The translations under genes and the position numbers were made by a program. A DNA stretch of 64,000 nt from Lobosporangium transversale. Taxonomy: Eukaryota. The notes beneath the pieces are model-generated. The model worked only from the letters and a program-made list of their open reading frames with translations. It was not told the DNA's origin and searched no databases. Shown here in pieces: positions 1-13,665 of this stretch. The stretch's first letter is position 1. Each line of letters begins with the position of its first letter. Location of the stretch: NCBI RefSeq assembly GCF_002105155.1, contig NW_019028993.1, positions 186,001 to 250,000 of the forward strand, read 5' to 3'.

Positions 1-1579
1 GACACTCTTTACAACTTTTGGTAATAATTATTTCTTTATTTTTAAAAAAAATCTCTTTATTCAACAAAGCATTGGCTCGTCTTGTTGATGTACACCTTTC
101 TTTCATCTCTTAGAACAAAGCTTCCTCACAGTCGTCTTTTTTTTCGAATACAGAAGCGAATGATGAGCTGCTTTGAAGACATAAAGATTTTGGTTGACTA
201 TTGTTTGTTAAATAGTTCATTTGAGCAGGATTCAATGAGTGGATGAGCGACTCTGCAACAACGGTTGATGCTACGTCGTCTGGCGTACTCTTTTCTGAGC
301 ATAGTGCACAGGATATAGCTCAAAGGACATTAGGACAAATGACATGGGACATTGGATATAGAGCATAGGAAAGCCTCAAGTCAAAAATAAAATACTCAAG
401 GTCGCCAACTGCCGTCAGCTTAAATACTAGAGTCTCGAGAAGCTAGAGTACCCAAGCCAATCAAGATGCCCAAGGTACTCAAGATACTCGAGATCCCAAG
501 GCCACCAAGGTGCTCAAGGTGCTCGTTCTTTACTCGATGCTGTAATTACCAGGTTCTCGAGGTCAGCTGAGACCCTTTTCTGTTCCTTCCTTGCTCATTG
601 AAGTAGATGCTGCCAAGTTCCAAGTAAGCATCAATGGTAACAGTGAGAGTGCCAAGTGATGTAACGTTTGTATTGAAGCTGAAGACTTGTAATAGTGCTG
701 ACATTATTTTATTTATCTATTTTTCTTTTTACTCAACTTCTAGTTGCTATGGCCTGCGCTTTACCCTAAAGATCGGTGTACTAGGACTCATTAATTTAGT
801 GTGTTTGTTTAGCTGTATGCTGAGGCTGTGTGAAAGCGAAGCGGAGGGCTCTTCAGCAGCTCTATCCACAGTCAAGACATGAAAAGCTTTGTTACTAAGC
901 TTTTATTCTATTCCCTGCAGATGTCTATGTTATTAAGATGCATAAAGGCACCAAGTAAGGGCCTGAAGAGCGAGAGTCTGCAGCTTCTGGAGACTGAGCC
1001 AGTAACTCCAGTAGGCGGTGCTTTGTCAAGGATCTAGGGCGTATAACAACACAGAATGGCATCTTCCGAGCTAGGCAGACGGTTAAATGGTGGTAAGAGT
1101 ACAAGCAGTTGGCAGGGCAAGCTTTGGACATTCGATGAAAACCATCCTGACCCGCCGTCTTTTGCGCTTATAGAGGGTATTTGACAAAGGACTATACTAT
1201 TGAGGACTATGTCTGTACTAGCGCATAGTGATCACCTACGCTGGATGCCGTCAAAAGTCATGCGATCCAGTGCGTGCTCTCTCTGGTGTTATTTGATCAT
1301 TGATCAGACTCACGCATGTCCACTTACTGCACACATATGTGTCCTGGATATGTTACTCTATAGCCAGATACGCAGCTCTACTTTGACCTCGACTGTATAA
1401 ATGTCTCTTGCGTGCGATGTGTAGATCTACATCTTTTTTTCTCTCTTCATTTCTTGTCTGTCATTATGATCAGTTAAACTTTCTTATCCTCAACTGAAGA
1501 TTTATCCAACATTTTGAAATTATGTGGTCACAAACTTTGTTTCTTTTTATTGAATCACAAAGAAAAGTAATATAAAAAA

Positions 1580-2424
1580 GAATAAAGGAAAAATGCACCT
1601 CCCTGTCAGAATAAAAAATTGACCCCCGGCTGAGAATTCCCAAGACCCCCTCGTCAACTCGGAATTCTTACCCCCGTCCCCCGTCAGAATTCAGAAGCAC
1701 CCCCCGTAAAGATTCTCGAAAGGTAAATCTTAACCCCCCGTCAACCGTCTTAATTATCGGAATCTTTACCCCACCCGTCAACATTTTGAGGCTGTTTTTT
1801 GGGTCTTATTTTCTACTTTTGGCTACATCTGTCTTTCTATTAAACTCAACGCTATTGAAGCCCTCTTACTTTTTATCTTATCATCAAAAACTTGACAGTA
1901 GAAAAATCAGCTAGACAGACACATTGTTGCGATTAGCAGTCATTTACATGGGTTTTTACTATAGCTAAGATTTTTACCCTTTTTATTTAACGAAGATCCC
2001 TGGATCACAATAAACACATCTTTATTTCGTTCTCGTTACTTATTATGACCCTGGCATATTTCACACATGTTCCTTGATGAATGGCTCCCTCCCTAGTATT
2101 GTATTTATCTCTAGGCTCAGAACCTTCAGCAACTTTACATGCGATATAGTCATCGAAAAGAAAGACTTTACACTATAACACCACACTATGAATCAATTTT
2201 TTTGCTGTCAACAAGCCACAAAGATGCTTGCATAAACTCAGGTCCAACTTTATGCTCTTGATTAGGAATGAAAAACGGTTCTCAATTTCAAAAACAGCTC
2301 TAGAATATTGACAGGGGGGTTAAGGATTACGTGGTTGCCGGGGGAATAAGAATTCCGAATAAAGGTATGTTGACGGGGGGGTTTTAGGAATTCTCAGCCG
2401 GGGGGGTGCATTTTTCCTTAGTCC
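1580..2424. mobile_element. Non-autonomous TIR element (MITE-like) with C/G-run subterminal repeats
   Basis: Left AAGGAAAAATGCACCTCCC (1585) is inverted to right GGGGGGTGCATTTTTCCTT (2401-2419). Repeated CCCCGTCAA / TTGACGGGG motifs at both ends. The same terminus recurs at 53821-53840. No clear TSD, so the ends are approximate. Confidence 0.55.
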
Positions 2425-2678
2425 AGAAATTATAACAAAAGTTTTTTTTTTGTTCTGTCGTGTATACCGTGTATATATAAGAACCAAGCGCAAGTTATAT
2501 GCATATATAAGGACCCAGCATATACATGCAACTAAGAAGAAGCTGCTATTCATTTTTGGAGTAAACTTTTTGTAGAGGTAAGAAATCGGTATCACAGAGG
2601 TAAGAAATCGGTAAGAAACCGGTAAGTAACTTACCGATTTTTTACTTTTGCAAAAACCGATGTTAGATAAATTTTGTA

Positions 2679-2934
2679 CAGTGGAATCTCGATAATTGTA
2701 CACTTTTGTACAAATTTCAAATTTGATATATTTCTAGGCCATTGGTTGGCTAAGAGCCTTACTCTTTTAAAAAAAAGTATTCTAAAAAACCCACACTCAA
2801 CTGGAGTAGGGGAATCAGCAGAGGATTTTTAGAATAGTTTTTCATGAATTGTCGGCTTCTTAGCCAATCAATAACCGAGAAATATAGCAAATTCGAAAAT
2901 TGTACAAAAGTGTACAATTATCGAGATTCCACTG
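2679..2934. mobile_element. 256-bp Tc1/mariner (pogo-like) MITE
   Basis: TIR CAGTGGAATCTCGATAATTGTACACTTTTGTACAA is inverted at both ends, with TA on each side (2677-2678, 2935-2936). No ORF. Confidence 0.85.
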
Positions 2935-3261
2935 TACGCCACAATCGGTTTATTTTACCGGATTCAGGTATGGGAGGGGTACATCAGTACGAAAACACTG
3001 TCTTAAACTGATGACTATTTGGGTTTCTCTAATATTTCAACATCAAAAAGTTGTATCACAGTTATTTGGACCGTAATATTCACTTTTTTTTTTTTTTTTT
3101 TTTTTTTTGTTTCCGCTTCTTCATAGGAGGTCGTGTTAGAAAAATAACATTTACTGTTGGAATGCTTAGTAAAATTTTCCGAAGATTTATTGTGATCCAA
3201 TATATGCACGTGCATACACATGTAGTGCATTAAGAATGTCTCAATGATAGCCTTGCTGTAG

Positions 3262-3296
<35 letters not shown>

Positions 3297-3377
3297 GTTC
3301 ATTCAAATCATGACAGTGGGGACTCTGAATCAAAGGGATAGAGATCTCGGAATTGGTTCCTCATTAAAAACAATATT

Positions 3378-3413
<36 letters not shown>

Positions 3414-3782
3414 TTTCTCCCCTCTTCGCCTTGCAAATGATGGATTCAAATTTGAATCTGATAAAAACAAAAGAAACATTAGATCATACCGATTGTACAG
3501 TTCTTTAAAAAAAACCTCCGAGCTGGAATGGCAATGGCGCCGGGGTATCAAGTTATCCTTTAGTTGGCACAAGCAACGCATTATTCGTCTGCTCATGTAT
3601 AAATACCTGAACTCTCCGAACACTTCTCGGACCTACCAGCGATATCAATACTCTAAGAATCCAGGGTAGTCAACACCACCTACAATCAGCCAATCAACTT
3701 ATTCATCTTCTCTCTCTCTCTCTCTCTCTCTTTTTATTTTTTTCTCTCTTGCTTTGTCATCCATCCTTATTATTAAGACACA

Positions 3783-4145
3783 ATGTTGTTCAAGACTCCT
3801 TCTATTGCTTTAGTTGCGACCATTTTGACGGTCATCCAGGCCGCACCCTTGACAGCCGAGACTTCGTCCATTAATCTATCTTTAGCCAATCCTACCTCGA
3901 TCACCCTTCCCGTTGTTAAGCCTGCCCAGACCAATCCTACCATCGCGGCTCCTACAAAGTCCGAAGCTTCGGTCAACGAGGATCTCCAGGCCATCAACAC
4001 TGCTGAAGGATCTGTAGAGGATTTGAATGCCAACGTGTCCGAGGAAGGTGCAAACTCCAAATGCGGCTGGAACTGTTGGGGCAATTGCCGATGTCCCTGG
4101 TGGTGTAAAAACTGGTGCAACAATTGGTGTCCATGGTGGTGCTAA
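3783..4145 (+). CDS. Secreted prepropeptide with C-terminal Cys/Trp-rich domain (120 aa)
   Basis: Signal-peptide-like N-terminus MLFKTPSIALVATILTVIQA, then an S/T/P-rich and acidic pro-region, then CGWNCWGNCRCPWWCKNWCNNWCPWWC-stop. Intronless; TATAAA at ~3598. Confidence 0.8.
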   Translation: MLFKTPSIALVATILTVIQAAPLTAETSSINLSLANPTSITLPVVKPAQTNPTIAAPTKSEASVNEDLQAINTAEGSVEDLNANVSEEGANSKCGWNCWGNCRCPWWCKNWCNNWCPWWC

Positions 4146-4198
4146 AGGACAAGAAACAAAATCTTGAACTACAACCTCAGCCAAGTAATAAGCTTCGG

Positions 4199-4234
<36 letters not shown>

Positions 4235-4655
4235 GTGAGGGATAAAAGAGATGATGACTATTCGAATCATTGCCAATATCTTAGTCTTCATCTTCATATG
4301 AATAAACAACTTCTTGCTAGTTCTTCTATTTTGTTATCCCTGTTATTTACAAGGTGGAGTAATATATCCATTCACTTTTTAAAATTCAGCTGAAATCCCT
4401 TAGGATGGAAAGATTATTCAATGTTCCTTGATTTAAAGATGGTTGATTAGGACCTCTTGTAAGTGTTTGCTTTGTATCACAACTTTTGGCTTCCAATCGC
4501 CCATTATGCTATTGTTATCGTTTCGTTTCCTTTATTGTTTAGTTGTTTGTAGTATACTGTTCTTTTGCCTCATCAATTGGACAAAAAGAGGGCAGAACAA
4601 ATTCCCTTTATTTTTTTTTGTCTTATTTTTCTTATTTTTTCTTCTTTTTCTTCTT

Positions 4656-5395
4656 CTAGAGTTGCACAATTCGAATTCCATCCTTGTTCACAACCTTAGC
4701 TACGAAGTCAGGCATGTTAAGGATCATGCGTGAGCGAAGTTCTTGGATGCACTTTTGCAACAGCTTGACGCCCTCTTCCTCTGTGATATCCTCACGATGG
4801 TACCGATCCAGAAGCGATAAGCAGTAGTAAGCACCGTATCCATGTGCAGCAAATGGGACTTCTGCCGATGAAGCCAAGTGATCCAGCCAGTACAGTGAAG
4901 GCTTGTTGGTCTTGACATCGTATCCACCAATCAACAAGTTAACAGAATATGGTTTCTGGAAAAATGTGCAAAAAAAAAAAAAAAAAAGAAAAAAAAAGAA
5001 AAACGACAATGATATATAGAAAATAGGACCATAACGTTAGCATCTCTTGAACAATAAACAATACTGAGCCGTAAGGCAACACGAGTCGATAATATGACTT
5101 TCTTTTTTACCCTGCTACGCAAGCTGTCAGCCAATTCACGTCTGGCAAAGGAAGCGACAGCTTTGGGACTAAGCTCGATACCGTTGCGGATCCCGTAGAG
5201 CTTCACGTTACGTTCAATATATTCTGAAAAGTGAACACCATCGCCAGGCTCGCCCGAGAAGAGCATGATCGAGTGTGAGTTGAGTTCCCTAGACTTGTCT
5301 TCACCAATCTTCATGAGAGTAATGGATGCAACTGCCTTGGAATCGTACGCAGTGATGACAAAGTCCTTGCCTGTGATGCCGAAAAGAGTATCCAT
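4656..5395 (-). CDS. PRE1: 20S proteasome subunit beta-4 (PRE1/PSMB2), 2 exons: 5395-5111, 4955-4656 (194 aa)
   Basis: MDTLFGITGKDFVI...SGEPGDGVHFSEYIERNVKLY...ELADSLRSR|KPYSVNLLIGGYD...AHGYGAYYCLSLLDRYH is typical of beta-4. A phase-0 GT-AG intron joins the two frames. Confidence 0.95.
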
Positions 5396-5621
5396 GTTGT
5401 ATCGGGTTTTTATGATACTGTAACGCTAGTCGTAGTATAGTAATAGTAATAGCTGATGTTGCTTGTCGCTCTTGTTGCTGTTGGTGTTGACGAAGGGAGT
5501 AGGCGTTGAAGTAACAAAAAAAAAAAGAGTAATGCAAACTGTTCAAAGAGGTTAATGAATTGTTCATTAGTCCCTTGTCGACGCGCACGCACGCACACGC
5601 GTGTCAATAGAGTAGTCACAC

Positions 5622-5629
5622 TGACGTCA
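5622..5629. promoter_or_regulatory. CRE-like palindrome TGACGTCA upstream of PRE1
   Basis: Perfect ATF/CREB octamer with an adjacent TGACG half-site, ~230 bp upstream of the PRE1 ATG. Function untested. Confidence 0.35.
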
Positions 5630-6965
5630 ATGACGCGCCTTTATTTCTTAGGCTTTTATTGGCCAGATCAGGAGTATTTAATAAAGGACAAGTACCTGGA
5701 AGTAATGGAATTTAAGCTTTAGACCCCTGCGCGACCTCATACTTCTCCGCCTCGCCTCTTTTCCCTATATTTTTGCCAAGGATGATGTGTCCATGAGCCT
5801 GTAGTAGGCCCTGTGACCCAAATTAGATTATGTAAAAGCTTCAGATTCAGAAATATCTGACTCGGGGACAGCATTAACTCCAGGAACAACCGCTAGCGGC
5901 GTCACTGGACTTTGTTTCTTGCTCGGTCGTGGTCTTTGTGAAATCAAGTTGCCGAGTAGCGACTTTTAAATCTTTTTAAATTCTTTGGTGGCGTGTCTTC
6001 CGGTACCCTCTCCGGATGTGAATTACGTACCGAAAGCTTGGGTACGTCTTTTCTTGCATCGGAGACTGAGAATCGGGACTGGAGGCTACTGTATGTGTGG
6101 GGCATAGATGTAGCGACAGGGGAAATGGTGTTATGGGGACTCAGAAGAGCTTGTTAAGGGTCTTTGAGACATGGCACGGCTCAGTTCTTTATATGTTTTT
6201 AAACTTTTTTTTTTTTTTTTTTTTTTGCAGAAAAAGAGTTGCGGTAACCACAGTATTCTTCGCCCGGTTTTAATAGGTTAGAGATACCTTTCAGCACATT
6301 GGCTAACTGGAAGCTATATACAGGAAGTAATAGTGCGCAACCACACATCTACATTTGATTTGAGTTGGACTTGGTGAAAGTGCCGATTATATGAGGCTCT
6401 TAACTAAGATGCAGTGAGCGAGGCTGTTATCTATCGATCTATCAAAGATCAGTCAGTTATCGGTGGGTCAATGATCAATGACTGACTACTTTGCTTTGGG
6501 GTATCTGGAAGGATTCCCATGAAGTCCCTGTCTTGCCTGTCGATGTTAGGCCTGATGGGCTTCAGGCTGCAGTAACTTGTGCTACTTGCTAATGTTTGGA
6601 TTGGTCCGTACTGTGGTCACACAAGGAAGGGCCCAATGTGCCAAAGATGCTCTCCAGGCACGACATTCATCTCACCAAACAAGAAATTTTTTTGCCTCTT
6701 CTATTTTCTCTTTTCTCCTAGATTCATATACTTTTTTTTTTTTTTTTTTTTTTTTTATTTATTTGGTACGGCGCTGCACTGCAGCAGCGACAACGCGAGC
6801 ACATGTACACAAGTAACAACAAGAAAGTATGAGTGCATGCATGCATTTGCTTCTCTTTTTTTTCCGTTCTTTTTATTTCATCAAAAAAAAAATTTTTTTT
6901 GTGTGTTTTTATCTCGTCATTTTTACCCCTGCCCAACATTTCCAAAGACAACAAATAGCAATACC

Positions 6966-7000
<35 letters not shown>

Positions 7001-7197
7001 CATATTTCAAGTACAGTGTTCCTCAGTGTACCCCTCATCCAACTAACCTCGTTCATTTCTATATAACAGACAGTATCTTGAGATTTTTTTTTTTTTTTTT
7101 TTTTTTTTATATTTAACAAACAAAAAAAAAGAAAGTAGAAAACTTATAATCAAAAGATTCAACTCTTTTTTTTTTCTCCTTTTTCTAAAAACTCGTC

Positions 7198-8019
7198 ATG
7201 GAGACCACCTTCATGGCCATCATAGGCTGTTTAGCCTTCGCATTATTCCTTTACAGCCTCAAAACATGTTTGAAGACCAATAGCACTGCCTCCTTTGTCT
7301 CAGATCTAGATCACTCACATTGCCCTCCACCAGATCCCAGATCGACCGTGCGGTTATCAACTGCAGGTATCAGAGCACAGACCATGCTTGAGATAGGAGC
7401 AAGGAATAACAGAGCAAGTCGTAACGCTTCAACTTCTGGCAACCCTGCTCCTACATCTCGACAGCCCAGGTCTGGAGGGCAACGATTACATCGGGATGCT
7501 ATAGATTCTGTAGACCCTTTGCCGCTTTATGAAGATCCAGTGTCGGTGCCATCATCATCACCATGTTATTCATGTACTGTTGATGCTGCTGAGCATACAT
7601 TGCAGATTGAGCATATTAGGGCACAACAAAACCAATCATCACTATCACAAGAAACATATGATACCCATGAAACACATGTTTCTATGGAGGACCCGCCACC
7701 AGATTATGTTCCACGAACTAATGAAGAACAGATTCATCCATCGTCAGCCGGGACTCCATCGGCAACAGCAGCAACAACAGCAGCAACGACAATAACAGTA
7801 ACAACAGCAACAGCAGCAATTGCAACAATAGCAATGGTAAGCACATTAGCAGCAATGGCGCCTGAGACATCAACAACTTCTCAAACCCAGCAACCGTATC
7901 TATCACATTCTCTAGAGATGAGGGCCTCACCAACTAGGGACCAACAGGAGAATGAGGCAAGGCAAAACCCAACAGCCAGTAGCGATAGCAACAATTGCTC
8001 TAATCAAAATGTAAATTAA
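7198..8019 (+). CDS. Single N-terminal TM protein with PY motifs (candidate Rsp5/Nedd4 adaptor-like)
   Basis: 273-aa intronless ORF. Hydrophobic stretch FMAIIGCLAFALFLYSL, then a disordered tail with LPLY and PPPDY motifs. Confidence 0.6.
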   Translation: METTFMAIIGCLAFALFLYSLKTCLKTNSTASFVSDLDHSHCPPPDPRSTVRLSTAGIRAQTMLEIGARNNRASRNASTSGNPAPTSRQPRSGGQRLHRDAIDSVDPLPLYEDPVSVPSSSPCYSCTVDAAEHTLQIEHIRAQQNQSSLSQETYDTHETHVSMEDPPPDYVPRTNEEQIHPSSAGTPSATAATTAATTITVTTATAAIATIAMVSTLAAMAPETSTTSQTQQPYLSHSLEMRASPTRDQQENEARQNPTASSDSNNCSNQNVN

Positions 8020-8226
8020 AAATTGGGCACATGCTTATTTCTCTTACACCCACCCTCCTTCCTTCCTTTACTCTTATGCAAGGAAAAAAAAAAAAAAAAA
8101 AAAAAAAGGGTAATGAGAAACAGTGGTTTTTGTAGAAATATAACCCATCCCATAGTCTTAAGCATTGATGGGCAATAGTGGAAGCCAGCCTCTCTATCCA
8201 TGACTACTTCATTTGTTTACGCTGCC

Positions 8227-8260
<34 letters not shown>

Positions 8261-8707
8261 CTTCATCGCCATATGCATATCATATTTCGTAGTGTAATAT
8301 ATAATCAGAAAGTAGTCGAGTAACCGTATAGACCTTAGTAACCCCTCCGTCTATTCACAAAGATGGAGCTTTCTATCGTTTCTGTTCTCATTACTGAAAT
8401 CATTAAATCCTGCATCTTTTTTTTTTTTTTCATCAACCGATTCGTGGCCTCGCTATTAATACAGATAAATAAAAAGGCCCCGTTGGAAACTGCTCATCCT
8501 CTTTTTCTTTCCCTCCCCTTACTTTTACTTCTAGTACATCATCTTCAATAGTAGGGAAATAGTAGCATAGTAGTTATAACAGCAAAATCCCATACTGTAA
8601 TTTTAATCATTACGTATTTGTACGACTTCTCTGTAAGCATGCTCTTTTCTTTCTTTACTTTTACTTTTACTTTTGTTTTTGTTTTTATTTTTATATTTTC
8701 TTAACGG

Positions 8708-11014
8708 CTAATGTCCGCTTGGCCTAGAGTGTTGTGGGATTGCAGGAGCGATTCGCGGTGGCAAATCTTGCTCATTCTCAGCATAGATTTCTCTTGATTG
8801 AGGACTACGTGTTGGAGAGTCTTGGACCAAAGTCGATGCTGTTGACATTAAATCCGGACTGCTCTCATTGTGATTAACATTATTATTATTATTAAAGTTA
8901 TTATTGTTATTATTGTTATTAATGGCGGCGACATTGGTATCGTTGCGAGTCGGCGGAACAAATGGTCTGGGCTCCCAGAAAAGGGGTACACTCGGAAGAC
9001 CCGAAGTTAGCGGTGAAGCCACACTCATGCTTCCACTTTGGATACTATTGGTATTGTTAATATGATTGTTTGTGTTGACATTGTTGTTATTATTGTTATT
9101 ACTTGGCCCTGGAGGAACAAATGGCTTGGGCTCCCAATACAACGGTGTTGCTGAAATAGCATCCGAAATTGAAGAAGCTGGTGGTAGGCTCAAGACTTCA
9201 CGATTCAAGGGTGAGGCTATTTGAATTCCATGTGGATCATGAAGAGGGAGTGGAAGTACCGCATGTGGTCCAGCCGTATTCTCGGTATAGGCAGGCAGAT
9301 CCATTGGGTAGGACCCATTGATTGGAGGATTGTTGGCATTGGCGGTATGGCTGAGGTTGTTGTTAGTATAAGGGGTATAGGTTGAAGATGAAGCAAACTG
9401 ACTAGGATTGGATGGATCTATTGGACGTGAAGCCCAAGAGTCCGTGACATCAGACTTCATGGCTCGCTCAATAGGCAGTTGTAGCGGGAGCAAATTGCTG
9501 CCTTCCAAGCCCGCGTTGCTACCTTCTGAATCTGCCAAACCCTTAAACGCATTCTTGTTCTGTTGTCGCCGCTTGCGTATAAACAGAAACACTGCAACAG
9601 CCGCGACCACTGCGATGCCTACACATATCCCCCCAATCATGCCTCCATTGCTGCTTCTATCGTCTGTAGTAGTATCGGTTGGTCGAGGACTTCTGGTTGA
9701 GGATGGATTAGGGGATGAGGGGTCATCTACGTGGAGGCCATACTGGTCCGGAATACTGATCCTATTTGGTGAGGTGGCCCATTTAGCGAACTGGTATCCC
9801 GACAGAGGGGCACTATAAAGGCCCGAGCTGTTATACATGAACAAGAACGGATGGGCTGCACCCTGGACAAGGAGGATCGTGCGTACGTTGTCAAACGTGC
9901 CTGAATACCCTAAAACATCGAGGGATTTAATTGGACTAGTCCCGTCCGTCGTAAACACCCTGGTGCTGGCAGGGCCAGAAAACTTGGACTATAAGAGCGG
10001 GAAATGAAGAGAATAAAAAAATAGAGCTTATAAATATTCTTTTATAAGACAAAGGAAATTGTCGGGGGGGGGGGGGGGGGGGGGGTTTCTTACTTTGCAC
10101 GATAATGCAGCGCCTTTATTAAAAGGCCACATATTGACATCAGGATAATCCGTAGCGCAGGGGGCCCATAAACTATACCCGTCTATATACGTCAAGGTTG
10201 AGGGGTTTGGCATGGTCGTGGATCCAGGCGTAACAGGGACCTTTGTCAAGATAGTACTGTCCCACTGTAGGGCAGACATATTCTGGCCCAACACGAACAA
10301 TGTATTATTTGCCCCGAATGTGAGAGACCTAGTGACATATGGCTTTAATTATTATTGAAGAGGTAAAATCCATACATTAGTGGATCTAGCACAGAGATAG
10401 ACAAAAACTAGCATTTAGAAAGGTTGGACAAGATGGGGGTTTTGCTTGTTTACCAACTTCCAAGGGGCCGCATTTTGTTCCATGACGTTGGTGGTAGGGT
10501 TGAACGAGGCCATCATAATTCTAGTATCACTTCCTTGGGTCGAGATCGAGGCATGCATCAAGATGTTTTGATTCGTTACTGGATCCAACAAGTTGTACAA
10601 GTGTGCTTTGGCGGATTCGAGCCAAACATAAGGCTGAGAGACATCAATGTTCTTCCATGTGCCTGCTGCTCCTGCACTACCAGGCGTGTATTGGATCCCT
10701 CTAACGACTGTGTCCTGTGGTGCAGACTTGGATTGCTGTGATAGGCGTGCTAGAGCTGTAAAGACCCCTTTATTATCAACTGCACAACCATATCCAAGAC
10801 CATTGGTGTTGACTTCACTGAGATAATAGTATGGATCGCGAGGGACAGCACTGATTAAGGACCAGGTCATGTACTGGACGTTCTCATTTGGATAGTCGTC
10901 CGATTTGATCAAGATATTATAGCTCGAAGACAAGTCGCTATAACTAGAAGCGTATGCAAGTGCGAACACTCGGATACCGTCTGTCGCTGTGCAAACTGGG
11001 TTAAGAATACCCAT
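8708..11014 (-). CDS. Single-pass membrane protein, paralog A (~696 aa); exons 11014-10454, 10342-10094, 9988-8708
   Basis: Three ORF pieces join through phase-0 GT-AG introns. Beta-rich N-terminal region, S/T/P stalk, TM GGMIGGICVGIAVVAAVAVFLFI followed by RKRR, and an N/P-rich tail. Homologous to the genes at 55500 and 57950. Confidence 0.8.
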
Positions 11015-11616
11015 GACTTTTCTATTGTTTTATGTCAAGTAAGGTATAGAGAAATGAAGTCGAGATGCAGAAAATGGTGAAATGCACACAGCTGTTACAT
11101 TCATGTCATGCAAAGATGAGAATGAGAATGAGAACGAGAATGGAGCTCTTTTTGTCCATGGACTCTGTCTAGAGACGCCGCTTCCTACTTTTGTTTGAGC
11201 TTAATTAGTGATGTGCACTGCCACATCAAATTGACTACTGGTGGCAAAGAAAAGTGAGAGCGAGTTCAGGACTGAGAAGTATACGGGTTTGTAGGGGTGG
11301 GATTTTGTTTGTGTCTGTCTGCATTCAGTTTGCAAGTCTCTCTCTTGCATCGACTTTCGACTTTTTTTTTTTTTTTTTTTTTTTCTTTATCAAGAATGTT
11401 TGCTTTTGCACAATGACTCGAAAGAGCTGTTCTCTTTTCTTGCGGGTCAATAATTTTTTTCATGCACTCAGGTTGATAGAAAAAATTGTCAGGAATCTTT
11501 ACTATAAGTTGCGAGGAGGATATAAACAATTGCAGAGCTTTCTTTCTTTTCTCTTATGTCTTGTAAAGCATAAATCAACAACGCTGTCTTTGTGGGCGCA
11601 TACATTTGCTTGGATC

Positions 11617-13339
11617 TTAGATAGTTTGGTTAATTAAATGGCAAAGCAAATTGCTGTACAGACCCGAAGTGTCACCCTAGAGCGATCCAAAAAAAAAAAA
11701 AAAAAAAAAAAAAAAAGATTAGTCCTTGATGGTTATTCAACACGCATAGTCCTTATAAAGTCGTTGATACATATAAATAACACTAATCTAATAACAGCAT
11801 TTTTTTTTTTTTCTCATTACCCTGATACGATCTGCCAATGTTCGACTGTTATCAACATGGTATGCAGTTTTGACCCTTTCCATCATGTTACCTCGGTGGA
11901 GGACCACCAAGCGGGACAATTGATCCTCATTGGTCCCAAGCCCATACATTGAGTTCTCCAACAACAAAGCAATATGACGAGCTGGATCGGAAGCTTGCAT
12001 GACCGCAAACAACAAGACATCCAGCTGCTCTCCTTTATGCTTATGTCCAAACTGTTTCCTAATCGTGGTCACGGTATGTGAGTCCTGATAACACATGTTG
12101 TAGTGGCGTACAAGATCGCACAGTTGTGCCGTTGTAAGTGAGGAGACATATTCAAGCACGGCTGCTAAATCATGACCATACAATAACGAATGAAACTTTT
12201 CGATAGCTGCCTTGCGATCTTCAAGTGGTTTTTCTTCCTTGTCCTGTGCACGTTAAAGAAAAAGGAAAAAAAAAAAAAAAAAAAAACGATTTAGTTAGCT
12301 TTGTAACATGTTAATATCCTCCCAGTGTGGATATGCAAGGTTTTGCTTTTCTTTTCTTTTCTTTACCTGTAGGATGGCAGTGAAGAAAGCCTTGACAACG
12401 TCATCATGCAGATAGGACATGATGTGATCCCTCAAATCTGAATGATAGACAGCAGTGAATGCTCCCTGGAGCTCACGTATTTCTTCAGGTGTTCTTCCCA
12501 CCAAAACCTGTGGGAATGAAAACAAAAAAAATCAATATGGTTATTATATAATTTGTCACAATTTTTTTTTTTTTTCAGCCCCCCAAATTTGTTTCGTCCC
12601 GCTCTGTCTGAAATACAGATTCGCAAACCACATTCATACACATATTCATCCAAACGCCCACTCACATCCACCCCACCCAGCACGTCTATCATTCACATGC
12701 ACTCAAATACACATACTCTCTTCCACAACGTTTCGTGTCTCGAAAAGTATTATACAGTCTATGAGCAATATATAACAAAAAAAAAAAAAAAATATATATA
12801 GAACAGATAATAATAAAAATAGTATAAAGAAAAATAATAATAATAAAAGGACTTGCCTCACAAAACACCTCAACGGCAGTATCATTTTTTCTTAAGACTT
12901 CGTATTTGCGTTTGCTTTTGCCAGCGTTGTGCAGGTATAGGACCCCAGCCAAGACCCTGTTCATACAAGCAAAGGACAGCAATGATCCAACACTTCCAAT
13001 GATACGTCGATCGAGTTCTGTTGCGAGGTCCGTATTATAAAGAGATTTGTAATAACGAGCAATTTCGATTAATTGCTGATATTCTCTGCGGCCTAAATTA
13101 TTAGGATTAATATTATTATCATTATTATGACTATTCATCAATTGCATTTGTTTCAGATAAGATACAAGCCCCCTCCCCCACAATGTTTTCTGTTCACATT
13201 TATCATTATGCAAAGAAAAAAAAAAAAAAGTATATGTACCAATGATGTTGACTAAGGCTTCTTGGTCTGGTACAGCATATGTGAGGGCGGTGTGAATGTT
13301 CTGGACGTCATAAACAACCTCGGGTGGGACAGGAGCCAT
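11617..13339 (-). CDS. Annexin (multi-exon)
   Basis: Spliced product MAPVPPEVVYDVQNIHTAL...VLVGRTPEEIRELQGAF...SMYGLGTNEDQLSRLVV...RTLADRIR|GDTSGLYSNLLCHLINQTI. The GxGTxE and D-T-S-G-x-Y motifs are annexin repeat hallmarks. Confidence 0.85.
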
Positions 13340-13346
13340 TGCTGAT

Positions 13347-13385
<39 letters not shown>

Positions 13386-13633
13386 GGGGTGTGTGGAATG
13401 CAACGATAAAGCGTAAGTGGTGAAGAAAAAAAAAAAAAAAAAAAAAAAAAAAGGAGAGAAAGAAAGAGAATGGAAGAGAGATGGCGAAAGTGAATGAGAT
13501 GAGAAAAAAAGAATTTCAAGAACAATGGAATAAGAAAAAGCTCTCGGGATTATCAATAACTTCTGGGAAGACTCTTGTCCTCCCCAATCGTTAAAAGTGT
13601 CACAAAGTCAACGGCACGTCCCTTGGGCTAAGG

Positions 13634-13665
<32 letters not shown>

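Noticed and set aside
1..1500. Possible decayed gene or transposase
   Set aside because: No recognisable motif in any frame; cannot be supported without a search.
3015..7116. Many short ORFs with poly-K or poly-F here and across the window
   Set aside because: They are translations of A/T homopolymer tracts in non-coding DNA.
11240..11248. PACE motif GGTGGCAAA (Rpn4 site)
   Set aside because: It is ~6 kb from the proteasome gene and the same 9-mer occurs inside a CDS near 8757; likely chance.
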